In this document: positions 52,441 to 63,367 of the stretch, piece after piece | Numbering within the stretch: position 1 is the first letter of the stretch | How the letters are laid out: each line of letters starts with the position of its first letter | Assembly (NCBI RefSeq): GCF_006345805.1 | Contig: NC_043004.1 | Span: 1,116,001-1,180,000, forward strand | DNA length: 64,000 nucleotides | DNA from: Octopus sinensis | Taxonomy: Eukaryota | Direction of reading: 5' to 3' | The notes under the pieces: generated by a model | What the model saw: the letters and a program-made list of their open reading frames with translations, nothing else | The model's database searches: none | Told to the model about the DNA's origin: nothing | Position numbers and translations under genes: made by a program

Positions 52441-52665
52441 CGTTTACACATGGAAACAGTGAATCAGAGCGTGGCTGAAGCTTTCAACCAAACAACCCAA
52501 ATAAACAAATAACAAAAGAGTTGCTAGGGTTGCGATTGTCAAAGGAAATTTATCAGCGATTTAGTGTTTATCTATCGGCTTCTATTTATAGCCATCATTT
52601 CGTATATTGTCACAATCAACCAGTGAAGCTAGCTGCATGTCTACAGCCACAGATTGCATAGCAAA
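52441..52665 (-). promoter_or_regulatory. Candidate promoter and non-coding first exon of the ZNF gene
   Basis: On the - strand: TATAAATA (52590-52583), then a perfect donor AACG|GTAAGT at 52441/52440; paralogous segment at 45351-45577. Inferred, with no transcript evidence. Confidence 0.4.
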
Positions 52666-52852
52666 CACATATACGTGTATAAACACTATATATATATATA
52701 TATATATAGCAGTTTGGGTAAGTATATCCTGCTATAGCACCGGGCCGGCCAAAGCTTTGGGAGTGGATTCGGTACACAGAAACTGAAAAGAATCCTGTCG
52801 TGTCTATGTGTGTGTATGTGCGCGCGCGTGAGTGTGTATATATGTATGTATG

Positions 52853-52898
<46 letters not shown>

Positions 52899-52899
52899 A

Positions 52900-52933
<34 letters not shown>

Positions 52934-53976
52934 TTACGTGTGTGTGTGTGTGTGTGTGTGTGCTCTCTCCCGCACGCTTTCTCTTAACTTAGCGGTTCGG
53001 CAAAAGAGACTGATAGAATAAGTACCAGGCTTAAAAAAAAGGAATGGGTCGTTTCATTCGACTAAAAACTCTTCAAGGCGGTACTCCAACATGGCCTCAG
53101 TTATATGACTGAAACAAGTAAAAAATAAAAGTTAACACACACACACACACACACATACAGCCGTGGCTGTGTGGTAAGACGCTTGCTTCCCAATCACATG
53201 GTTCCGGGTTCAATCCCACTGTGTGGCACTTTGAGCAAGTGTCTTCTACTATAGCCTCAGGCCAACCAAAGCCTTTGGTAGACGAAACTGAAAGACGTTC
53301 GTCGTATATTTGCATAATATCTTGCTCACACGTGACTACAGGCCATTTCTCTCTCTCTCCCTCTCCTGTTTTTTTTTCTGGACGGGACGGCCATCGAGCT
53401 GGATGTCGTTTCTGTCGCCCCCTGACATTTTCCCCCTTCCACTATTTACTTCTCTTCTTTTTATTCTATTTCGTTCAGGAATTTCTGCCAGGCGTCACCC
53501 ATTACAATTCTTCTTGTACTAACAACTCTTAATGTTTGTCTTCGTCGATTGTTTACTTTGTCCGTCCACTCTGTTGTTGTTTGTTTGTTCAAAGTCCTAG
53601 CTCTCAGCAAATTTTATATTAAAAAAATTTCTGGATGCTGCTGTCTTACGAAATTTTCCTGTCTTGTTGTTAAAAGCGCGAAATAAGGAGTAGTAAAGCG
53701 GTCGACAACTGATGAACAAGTCATCTTCTTTTGGTATTTTGTCCTGTACTTGTCTTTCGTCCGTTTGCGTATTTTTCACTCGTTGGTAACGTCCTTTAAA
53801 TAATATATATATATATATATACAAAATGAGAAAATGGAGAAACATACCTAAATCAATCATCAACCATCAGATAATACCCAATCAATACTTTATTAAACCA
53901 TTACACAACAGCAATGATATTATACATTAATATAGTACAAATATAACAAGACATAGAAATAGAAATAGAAAATACA

Positions 53977-54109
53977 TTTACATTGTAGCTGACAGCTGTT
54001 TCAGCCGTGAAGACAGGTATGTCCCATTTAACCTATTAGCCATATAAAGCAGGTATAAATGAGACATTAACAAGAATGTCTCACGGCCTCTTCAGAGAAT
54101 TTAATGTAA
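53977..54109 (-). ncRNA. Type I hammerhead ribozyme fold with extended stem II
   Basis: CUGAAGA (54095-54089), 12-bp stem II, GAAA (54002-53999), palindromic stem III ACAGCUGU, GUC cleavage triplet (53993-53991), stem I 2 bp + internal loop + 7 bp (UUACAUU/AAUGUAA). Confidence 0.7.
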
Positions 54110-54155
54110 GTATGAAAAAAATTTACATATAAATATAAATATGTGTGCATACACA

Positions 54156-54244
<89 letters not shown>

Positions 54245-54339
54245 AAAAGTATAGGAAAACTTGTAGGTGTAGACGATCCTTAATTCATAATCCAGGTTGG
54301 TACAAATCCAATATAAATTCTATAAATTGTTTCAGAGTC

Positions 54340-54581
54340 TAATTAATTCCAAAGACAAAAACGGAAAACTCTTCTTGAAATAAAAACTAGATTCTTTGTC
54401 GGGAATTACATATTGGTAAGAATAATTACGACCAACCAAAATAGAAAAAGATCTTTTATTGCTCAAACAGGAACGAACAATGGTTTTGTGGGTCATAATT
54501 ATTCATACCAATATGTAATTTCTGACACAGAATCTAATTTTTATTTCAAGAATTTTTCGTTTTTGTCTTTGGGATTAATTA
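54340..54581. repeat. MITE-like inverted repeat (~95-bp arms)
   Basis: taattaattccaaagacaaaaac..cttgaaataaaaa..agattc..aattacatattggta is mirrored at ~54490-54581. Confidence 0.8.
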
Positions 54582-54829
54582 CACTTTGTGATTAATTAAA
54601 ACTCCCCCATTTGCTGATCGAGAACGACGGATACCAATATTTCGCAGCTTTCTGGGGGTTTTTTGCAGCTTATCGGTATCATATACTCGAGGCATCTTAT
54701 TGATTTTTTTCCATCATCTGTTCCCAGTCTTCAAGATCTACAGACCACGCTAGCAGGAAGTGTTAAGAATCTCTTGACCAAAACAGCCCACTTTTGGAAC
54801 CTGACCATGTCCGCGTATAAACTTACATA

Positions 54830-57800
54830 GTCTTATGGAGGACACTCAAATCTCAGACTTGAAACATGAACCAGATAACATAAATTGAAATATCATTGGT
54901 CTCAGTTAAGTGAAAAGAAAGAGTGAAGTGCAAACTCATTCTAAAAAGTGATCACGTTTTTCTCTGGTAAAGTAAAGGGGATAAAAACGAAGGAGGCGCG
55001 GGATTTTTGATAAATAAGAATATTGCTGAGAATGCTATCAACTGCAGCGCATTAAATGAGTGGATAAGCAAAATGACCGTAAAACTGAATAAAAATTACG
55101 AAACTAACATTATCCAAGTATATGCACCTACTTGTGGCTATGACGTTAAAGAGATTGAAATATTTTCCAGGAAGCCTGGCGGTGTCATAAAAGAAGAGAA
55201 AGTGAACAATACTTAAGTGATAAAGGATTTTAACGCAAAGATGGGCATTAAGAATAGAAAAAGTGAAACTCTTACCGGAAAATATGGAACAAAAAATGAA
55301 AAATGAGAAAGACTAATTGAATTCGCATAGCACAAATAAATGAGAATAGAAAATACCTTTTTGCTAAAAGAAGTGCCAGAAAATAGACAAAGAAAAGCTT
55401 CGGAGACAGAACAAGAAGTGGAATTGATTTCATACCCTCATTTAGTCCAGATGTAGTTCAGGGAGTGGCAGCTACAAATAACGTGAACATTGGAAGTGAC
55501 CAGAGACTTGTCAAATGCAAAATACAAATAAATACAACAAAAGAAAGGAACAAGAAGCTTAGAAAATCACAGAGAATTTGCCTCAGAATACCAGTTAGCC
55601 CTGATAAATAGATTTTATATACTTTGGAACCAGATATACAGTGGCAATACTGAGGAGATAACAAATATTATTTCTAAGACAATAAAACAAAAACACAGCA
55701 AAGGAAGCTAGATCTATCAGTAAAAAGGCAAAAGACCAAACGTTACCAAAAGACATTATTAATCTCATGAATATCCGAAGAACAATGAAACAAGACTCAT
55801 TTACACAACGCATTGAATATAGTGAATTGTTTAAAAGAATAAGGAAAAAAAAACTGAGACAAAATGAAAGAACGTCAAATATGGAGATGATCAAGGAAAC
55901 GGTTGAAAATAACAAAAGTTAAAACGAAAAAGAAAAAAACAAATTAAGAAAAGACTAATTGTGGGATGTAATATAGTCATTAACCTAAATAACAAAAATG
56001 GAAAACAACTTACAGGAAGAATATTAGAAAGAATAAAAGAATTCTATGAAAACCTATAACAATCAAGCAAAGAAGTTTCTCGAAAAGTAAATTCAAAGGA
56101 AAGGGTCCCAGACATTTTGGAGGCAGAAGTTAGAAATGCTATGAAGGAAATGAAAAGAAATATAAACCTGCAGGTCCGGATGGGATTGAGACAGACATAA
56201 TAATAAAAGTGGTTGGACCAAGCACAGAGAGAAGGAATTGGCTAAACTGTATACAAAATGCTTCCATGAACATAGGATAGCGGATGTGTAGAAAGATTTC
56301 TAACTGACTCTTCTTCATGAATAAATGGATGGCAAAGATCTAAAGAAATACAGACCAATCAGTCTGCTATCACACATCTACAAGATCTTCTCAAAAATCA
56401 ATTCAGGAAGAATTGAGAGAAAGTTGAATGAGGACATTGCAACGAAACAGGCAGGCTTCAGGAAAAACATCATAACAGATATGAATAGATTGTAGTGACT
56501 CCATCTTGGAAATCTCCAGCACGCATGCGCAGAGTTGGAGTCTTCCGGGAGGCCTGCCAGAAGTTCCCTCATGTGCATGCGCAGAAAACTAGCAGCAGCG
56601 AAATTCCCTCGTTATCGTTCGCTTGAACGCCGGCAGCTGAACGAGACAGTCGCGTTTTGTCAGCTCTCTCAAGCTGCTACCTTGAATGGACAGGATTTGG
56701 CTCACTCCACTTGACTACTGCGACAAGCTCCAAGGCTGCCGATTCGCCCAGAAAGAAGAATGTATATACTCTTTTACTCTTTTACTTATTTCAGTCATTT
56801 GACTGCGGCCATGCTGGACCACCGCCTTTAGTCGAGCAAATCGACCCCGGGACTTATACTTTGTAAGCCCAGTACTTATTCTATCGGCCTCTTTTGCCGA
56901 ACCGCTAAGTGACGGGGACGTATAGACACCAGCATCGGTTGTCAAGCAATGCTAGGGGGACAAAAACAGAAACACACACACACACACATACATATATATA
57001 TATACATATATACGACAGACTTCTTTCAGTTTCCGTCTACCAAATCCACTCACAAGGCATTGGTCGGCCCGGGGCTATAGCAGAAGACACTTGCCCAAGA
57101 TGCCACGCAGTGGGACTGAACCCGGAACCATGTGGCTGGTTAGCAAGCTACTTACCACACAGCCACTCCTGCGCAAATCAAGAAATAAATATCTATACTG
57201 TTGAAGTTAATCGGAAGTCTTGACTCTTTCCTTCGATTAATATTTAATGTAAAGGATGCAAGCTGCACCCATCAAGTGCGGGGACCTCCCATCCTGTTAC
57301 AAGATGCTATAAATCAACTGACGAGAAAATGCCAAACTTACAACATACCATCATGCTTCACATTTGTTGATACTGAAAAAGGCTTTTGATTCCGTGGAAA
57401 TTGATGGTATGCTAAGAGCACTGGAAGAAAGGGTATCGAAGGAGACCACAGCGGCTATAAACAAGAAGGCGAGTGATTCAAAACAGGTGAAAGGGTCAGA
57501 CGAAGAGACACCATATCACCCAAATTTTTCACACCTGTGTTAGAAACAGTTTTTAAAACCCGAATTGGTCAGATAAAGGAAGAGATATAAACGGATGCAT
57601 GCTAAATCATCAAATTCGTTTCCAGCAGAATTAAAGAATCAACAGAAATACTCAATGAAGTAAGAGACGAAGGAAAAAAAAAAAAAAAGAGTGAAATCAG
57701 AATTAATATTAGTTAAGCGATAAAACCATAACCAGGCCGACAACATGAAGAAAAAGACGACGAAGTAGAATACGAGAGAGGATCTTGTCGGTGTCATCCA
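54830..57800 (+). mobile_element. Degraded RTE-like LINE (endonuclease + RT), interrupted by solo LTR copy 2
   Basis: IIGLS, GGAGFLINK, IIQVYAPT, AGPDGI, YRPISLLS, QAGFRK | AINQL..YNIP..FVDTEKAFDSVE. Confidence 0.8.
56491..57301 (+). mobile_element. Solo LTR (Gypsy-like), copy 2, with nested SINE A (56769-57173, -)
   Basis: TGTAGT...TGTTACA termini, 4-bp TSD agat/agat, inserted in the RTE RT region. Confidence 0.8.
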
Positions 57801-57844
57801 GATGAGAAATTCCCCAGCTGTTGCCGTATTATTCACAGTCTCCC

Positions 57845-58480
57845 TTACGCTTGTAGATTGGGGCAGTATTCAGGTGTTTCCACCTGTCAGGTATAGTCTT
57901 CTCCTACCAACAGAGGAGAAATAAAGAGTGAAGATGGATATGAGATGAAGCCCACCATACTTGTAGATCTCACCTGTGTCCCATCATCACCGGCAGACTT
58001 CTTGTTTTTGAGGCCACTGATGGCACGTTGGACCTCATCAAGCGCTGGAGGATTGTCAAACTCTTTCAGGATACGAAAATCTGGAATCTCTTGGAATTTG
58101 TGGGGTCGGTGAAGGTTGGCTCGATTCAGATTCTCATGAACGGTGTACGAAATTCAATATGCTGACGATTCCGCTGCACCAACGCATATCTGCGCCTCTC
58201 TTCAAGACATGACGAACTCAATGCACAGTGCCTATTCTCGGTTCGGTCTCTTCGAGTGAATGACCGAAAAACTGAAGTTCCTCCAATCAGCCTTCCCTTA
58301 TCCACCTCGTCCTCTGCCCGTCCTTTTTGACGATGCTCCTCTGCTGCAGGCAAACTCATTCTACTGTCTTGGAAGCACGATCTCTAACACTGCAACCCTA
58401 GGCGAGAAGATGCTCCGTCGGATCAACTTTCGGGAGACTCAGCGAACAAGTTTTTCAGAACAAGAACTTTAGAGCAAACA
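57845..58480. mobile_element. Rearranged RTE fragments (- strand 57845-58120, + strand 58125-58480)
   Basis: On -: PALDEVQRAISGLKNKKSAGDDG. On +: KTEV..FYCLGSTISN..RRIN. Confidence 0.6.
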
Positions 58481-58669
58481 AAAATCTCATTTTTTTTTTT
58501 TTATCGAGGTGTCGGTGTATTCCCCTTCCTATAGGGGTCCGCGTGCTGGACCTTATTATGTCGGCACCACGTCAGCTCCCATGAAAAACAATATGCGCTG
58601 GAAGCGGAGGAGGAAGACTGTCTTGGATCAACGCTGTTATCATCTTTGATGGATCACCATAACCAAGTA

Positions 58670-58708
<39 letters not shown>

Positions 58709-58790
58709 ATAATATCGTTAATTTAAAATAAAATAACGATTTTATCAAGTGATCAGCGTGGAAAAAATAACCTTAAAAGGTAATAATTAT

Positions 58791-59075
58791 TAAAATTATA
58801 ACTTATGGTATCTACTAGATACCACCATGCTGAAAATAGCAGCCATGATCTGACTCTAAAACCACCTTAAGTGTTCATATAGCAACACGGAGAGAAGACA
58901 AAAAGACAAGATAAAACTAGTAAAAAATTGCTGGATAATTACTTTTACTAGTTTTATCTTGTCTTGTCTTCTCTCCGTGTTGCTATATGAACACTTAAGG
59001 TGGTTTTAGAGTCAGATCATGGCTATTATTTTCAGCATAGTGGTATCTCGTAGATACCCTAAGTTATAAATTTTA
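58791..59075. repeat. Near-perfect long palindrome (~135-bp arms, ~15-nt loop)
   Basis: taaaattataactta..caagataaaactagtaaaa is mirrored by ttttactagttttatcttg..taagttataaatttta. Confidence 0.92.
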
Positions 59076-59078
59076 ATT

Positions 59079-59110
<32 letters not shown>

Positions 59111-59128
59111 TGTATGTATGTATGTATG

Positions 59129-59170
<42 letters not shown>

Positions 59171-59180
59171 ATATATATAC

Positions 59181-59754
59181 AAATTAGTAAATAAATGGCA
59201 CAACTAAGTACCGATATTTACTGGAAATAGCGAACGTAAAAATACGACGCTAATGTGTAGCTTCACCGCGTATGTATTAGCAAAATGCGTGTGTGCAACA
59301 AACTAGAGTAAAAAAACGTCTTACCTCCAGGGAGAACATCTGAAAGATGAAACACCCGGAAAAGGACAATGTGGGACCTGCAGGTTTCAGGTTTTACGAG
59401 ATATGTCTCTCACCCATATTTTGTTTTACCTTCATCAGCCAAGCATATACCAAGACGAAATCTACGATGTTACCACATTAATACTATCACACTCGACTGA
59501 AATGCGGAACGCTAACAGTACGAGAAACGGTGAAGAAGTTTCAAAATATCAGTAATGCAATACAAAGTATCGCCTTCCAGTAAAAAGTAGCCCGTGAGGG
59601 GAAAAATACACAAATTAGTAAATAAATGGCACAACTAAGTACCGATATTTACTGGAAATAGCGAACGTAAAAATACGACGCTAATGTGTAGCTTCACTAC
59701 GTATGTATTAGCAAAATGCGTGTGTGCAACAAACTAGAGTAAAAATAAGTCTTA
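59181..59754 (-). mobile_element. Retrozyme/PLE-pLTR-like element: 432-bp monomer plus 143-bp partial repeat, carrying a hammerhead ribozyme
   Basis: Near-identical direct repeats at 59181-59323 and 59613-59754; (TA)n on both flanks; no ORF; HHR at 59367-59446. Confidence 0.65.
59367..59446 (-). ncRNA. Type I hammerhead ribozyme
   Basis: CUGAUGA (59438-59432), stem II AGGU/ACCU with an internal AUAUG/CAUAU hairpin, GAAA (59388-59385), palindromic stem III ACCUGCAGGU, GUC triplet (59377-59375), stem I UGG/CCA + 2-nt bulge + AUG/CAU. Confidence 0.75.
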
Positions 59755-59764
59755 TATATATATA

Positions 59765-61039
59765 TACACGGTGTAACAGGTAAATTGGGACCATTTAAAT
59801 ATTTTTATTATAATTTGTATAATTCTGAAAAGTCAAACACTGGGAGTTTTATGTTTCCGCCAATTTATTATGGAGTGTTTCGTACTTATTTTTAGTGCAA
59901 TGTGACCGTCATTTGCTTTCTTCACCAGTCCAGTCCGTTTACGAAATGATGCGCATGCCTTAACTATTTCTTCCTGTTTTCATTTTACCGAATGCTCGCA
60001 CGCTCGAAGCTTTCAGTGAAGACACAGTTGTGAGAAGTTGCGCTGGACATTGCTTCAGCTCGCCCCATAGCCAACAATCACACGGATTGAAGTCTGGTGC
60101 GCTAGAATGCCAGATATCTTTAGGGATAAACATGGGAAATTCTTTCTTCAAAAATTCTTGCACTTTTTTCGAAGAATGTACAGAGTCCTGTACAAATAAG
60201 ACTCGACTTACATCATAATGCTTTCTAATCGAAGGCTATAAGACTTCTAAGAATTGGAGATACTCTGCTGTGTTGATTTTAAGAACTGCTTCAATAAAAT
60301 AAGGAGGCATCAATTTCCCCTCATTTGCAAAAGCTCCAAAGACCTTAATGGAAGCCAAATGCTTGCTTTGTATAGCTAAGGGAACTTGGGAAGGGTCGTA
60401 CACTTTCACTCGTGGGCTTTGACGGTTTGCAAGTTCATCTGCCATGAACTTCTTTTCATCCATGAAGATGCGGACGTCTCTACCACGATATTTTAAATAA
60501 CTAAGAAGTTTGGGACAGCTTTCAGCCCGAATGGCTTTGGAGTGGGTAGGGTGTTACAGTGCCTTCTCAAGTATGATCTCATGGAGGTCTTGTCTCACAG
60601 CCCTAGGAATGGTCATTTTACTGATTCCTCAATCTCGAGCCAACTTTGCCATCGATTTTGATGGGTTCACCTCAATCAATCTTTTAAGTCCAATTAAGAA
60701 GTGAGGTTTGCATTTTCAGTTACTACGAGGACTGTGAGGCTTTCTCTGAACATCCTGACTTTTCTTTAAATTGGCCTCAACTCCAGAAACAGTAGATTTG
60801 GCATAGTTTGTTACTCTGACAAACTCCCCAGCACTTTTGCCAGAGTGGAATGATTCGGCAATTACACTTCTACAGTTTAATTCTTTATTTACATGCATAG
60901 TTTGTTCAATCTGAAACACAAAACAGTACAAGAGATTATTCCAGCTGGTAATGTTTACACTTTTTTAGACACCAACAAAATCTATGCAGTTAGATAAATA
61001 CTCATTTGTTGTCCTAATTTACCAGTTACAACCTCTGTA
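59765..61039 (-). mobile_element. Tc1/mariner-superfamily (DD37D/maT-like) transposon, full-length but degenerate
   Basis: TIRs tacacggtgtaacaggtaaattgggac / gtcctaatttaccagttacaacctctgta with TA ends; DEKKF, VFGAF.NEG..MPPYF, DIWHSSAPDFNPCDCWLW motifs; stops and frameshifts. Confidence 0.85.
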
Positions 61040-62305
61040 TATATATGTAAGTGTGTATGTGTGTGTGTGTGTGTGCGCGCGCGCGTGTGTGTGTATGCGT
61101 GCGTCTTTGGACCCTGCTTTTGACATCACATGATGAGTGTAAACGAGCATCATCATACAAGCGATGTTGTTGGTTTCGAGTCTCCTTTGAAAAACATGTC
61201 TGGCTATGGGAAAATATAACTTTACCAAGAAACAGGTGAGGGTTAACAATAGGAAGGGCATCCGATTGTACAAAATCTGCCACAGCAGATTCTTTCTGAC
61301 CCACGCAAGCGTGAAAAAGTGGACGCTAAATGATGGAAAGAACGGAAAGCAAAGTTAACTTCAGTGGGATGTGAACTCAGAGCAGAGAGAGCCGGAACAA
61401 ATACCACAAAGCCGGCATCGTCGCCTACGCCATATCTTTGCCAATCCGGCCCAAGTTTGCCAACTAGATTTTTCATTGAAAATATATTGCAAACAAAAAC
61501 TTACAACGTATGTTAAAAGAAAATAAGAGTTCAGCAGCGGAAACGATTTTAATTCCACAACAATCAAGATTACAACTAGGAAAGACCAAGGGAAATAACT
61601 CCATACATGACTCTCAGAAAACCTCGAAAGCGTAAATTCCATATATCTTTGCCTTCTCTCTTAAGCGGGACTCGAGTTTTTTTTATTATTATTTTTAGAA
61701 ATGTTTTCTCTTCAGGTTTGGTTACGCTCCCATGCATACAGTGATTGTTATTCTTCTTCTCCTCTCCTCCTCCTCCTCCTCCTCCTCAACAATTTACATC
61801 CTGTAAACATTTAGGTTTGTGATACTGCAGACTCCCTAGTCAGTCAATCTTGAACGCTTCCTTCAAGATATTCTTCTCATCCGTTTGTTCAATGTCTGTT
61901 GGTGCCATCATCGAGTTAAGGATGAAGTTTTGGAAAAGGGTATTTACAAATGAATGCAACCCATGTGAAAAAACCAAAGAGTACAATAAAAGCACATAAT
62001 GTGGCAGTCCAAGGATGGGACGAATGTTACTGTTATTTAACCCCAGGATCTCCCCTGTTCGAAAATATAAGGACAGAATTTTTTGTGTCGTATTCAATAT
62101 GCTGACAATTTGTACGTGTTGACCTACAAAAGGTTCAAGAGGAACATGAACAGCATCAATCTCATCAGTATGAGAGGGAATGTGAAGGCTATGGGCACAG
62201 CTCCTTCCTCCACACCTAGTAACTAACATATATACACACATCTGTATTTACACTTGCAAATATATATATATATATATATAAAGGGGTTTGTATGATTGTG
62301 TATAG

Positions 62306-62341
<36 letters not shown>

Positions 62342-62409
62342 TTTCTTTTTAATGATAAGGACTCTTCTTCTTGAAAAGAAGGAGCTGCATGAATGTGGAT
62401 AACAACAAG

Positions 62410-63030
62410 TGTTACTTGTTCATCTTAAGAAACGTGTCGTATATTTTACTGTTCCATTTATGGGTTGACTTTGTAAAGTGCCAGTGAATCAGACTTATTC
62501 GGTTATTTGAGAATCTTAGAGTTTGCAAAATGTCACTTACACATTTTACTAACATAACGAAACCCACTGGTACAAATGAGAACTGAGGATTGGGGTAGAA
62601 AAGCTGCAGGTTTTGAAGCAGTTCTCCATAAATATTCTCTGCCGTTCTGGTTTTTGAGGAGATGTTTTTATATCTGCAGGACAGCTGATCCTTTAGTTGG
62701 CAGATAATGTTTCTTTTCTGTCCCAAATAACCATTTGAGACATCATAGTTGCACTTGGCAGTAATTTTGAAGAGGACGTTCCCTTAGTATTCTTCGTGCC
62801 GATACATAAGTTCCTTATGTTGATACCTATGTATTCAACAACAGAGATACTGTAGCTGTAGATATTTATCCCAGAGCAGTGTGTCCTATAGATGCAACTG
62901 TATATTGTTTTAACAATAATATTTTGTTGTGATGACAGGTAGTTCTTTGATGTCAGTTTTAGGCAGTCGCTGATAACGTGTGTAATGTTCTCCTTAGAAA
63001 TGTGACATAATTGACTTTTAAAAAATAGCA
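62410..63030 (-). mobile_element. Highly degraded R4/Dong-like LINE 3' fragment
   Basis: CHISKENITHVISDCLKL..YL..QQNIIVKTIY and ..FVPVGF..GTVKIYDTFLKM; homologous to 1-558. Confidence 0.65.
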
Positions 63031-63321
63031 TGCTGGTGGTGAACGAAAGCAGTGAAGTCCTTTTGGGTTAGGGTTAGGGTTATGAAGGTTCATTAAAACA
63101 ACACTGTAACACAGCAAGACAGATGAGCCTCATCTATGCTACTCATGTTTGTAAGAACATTCAACGGATGGCATTACTCAAATTGAGTCACAGCCCTCAT
63201 GTATGCATATATAGATATAACAGAGTAAGCACATAAATGTGAAACAAAGTGGAAGAAAATAGTACTCGAATACCAGAGGTAGAGTAATATGTTTCATTAA
63301 TAAAGCTGCAAAAACGTCAGA

Positions 63322-63367
63322 AAAACTGCTACTCAGAATTTCACGTTCCAGTTCGTCAGACAGTTTT
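63322..63367 (-). ncRNA. Minimal type I hammerhead (one of an inverted pair)
   Basis: AAAACUGU-CUGACGA-AC(U GGAA C)GU-GAAA-UUCUGAG-UA-GCAGUUUU: intact core, 8-bp stem I, GUA triplet. The opposing + strand copy (63371-63413) has U4C. Confidence 0.65.

Noticed and set aside
63065-63082. (GGGTTA)3 telomere-like repeat
   Set aside because: Only three units; too short to indicate a telomere or fusion site.
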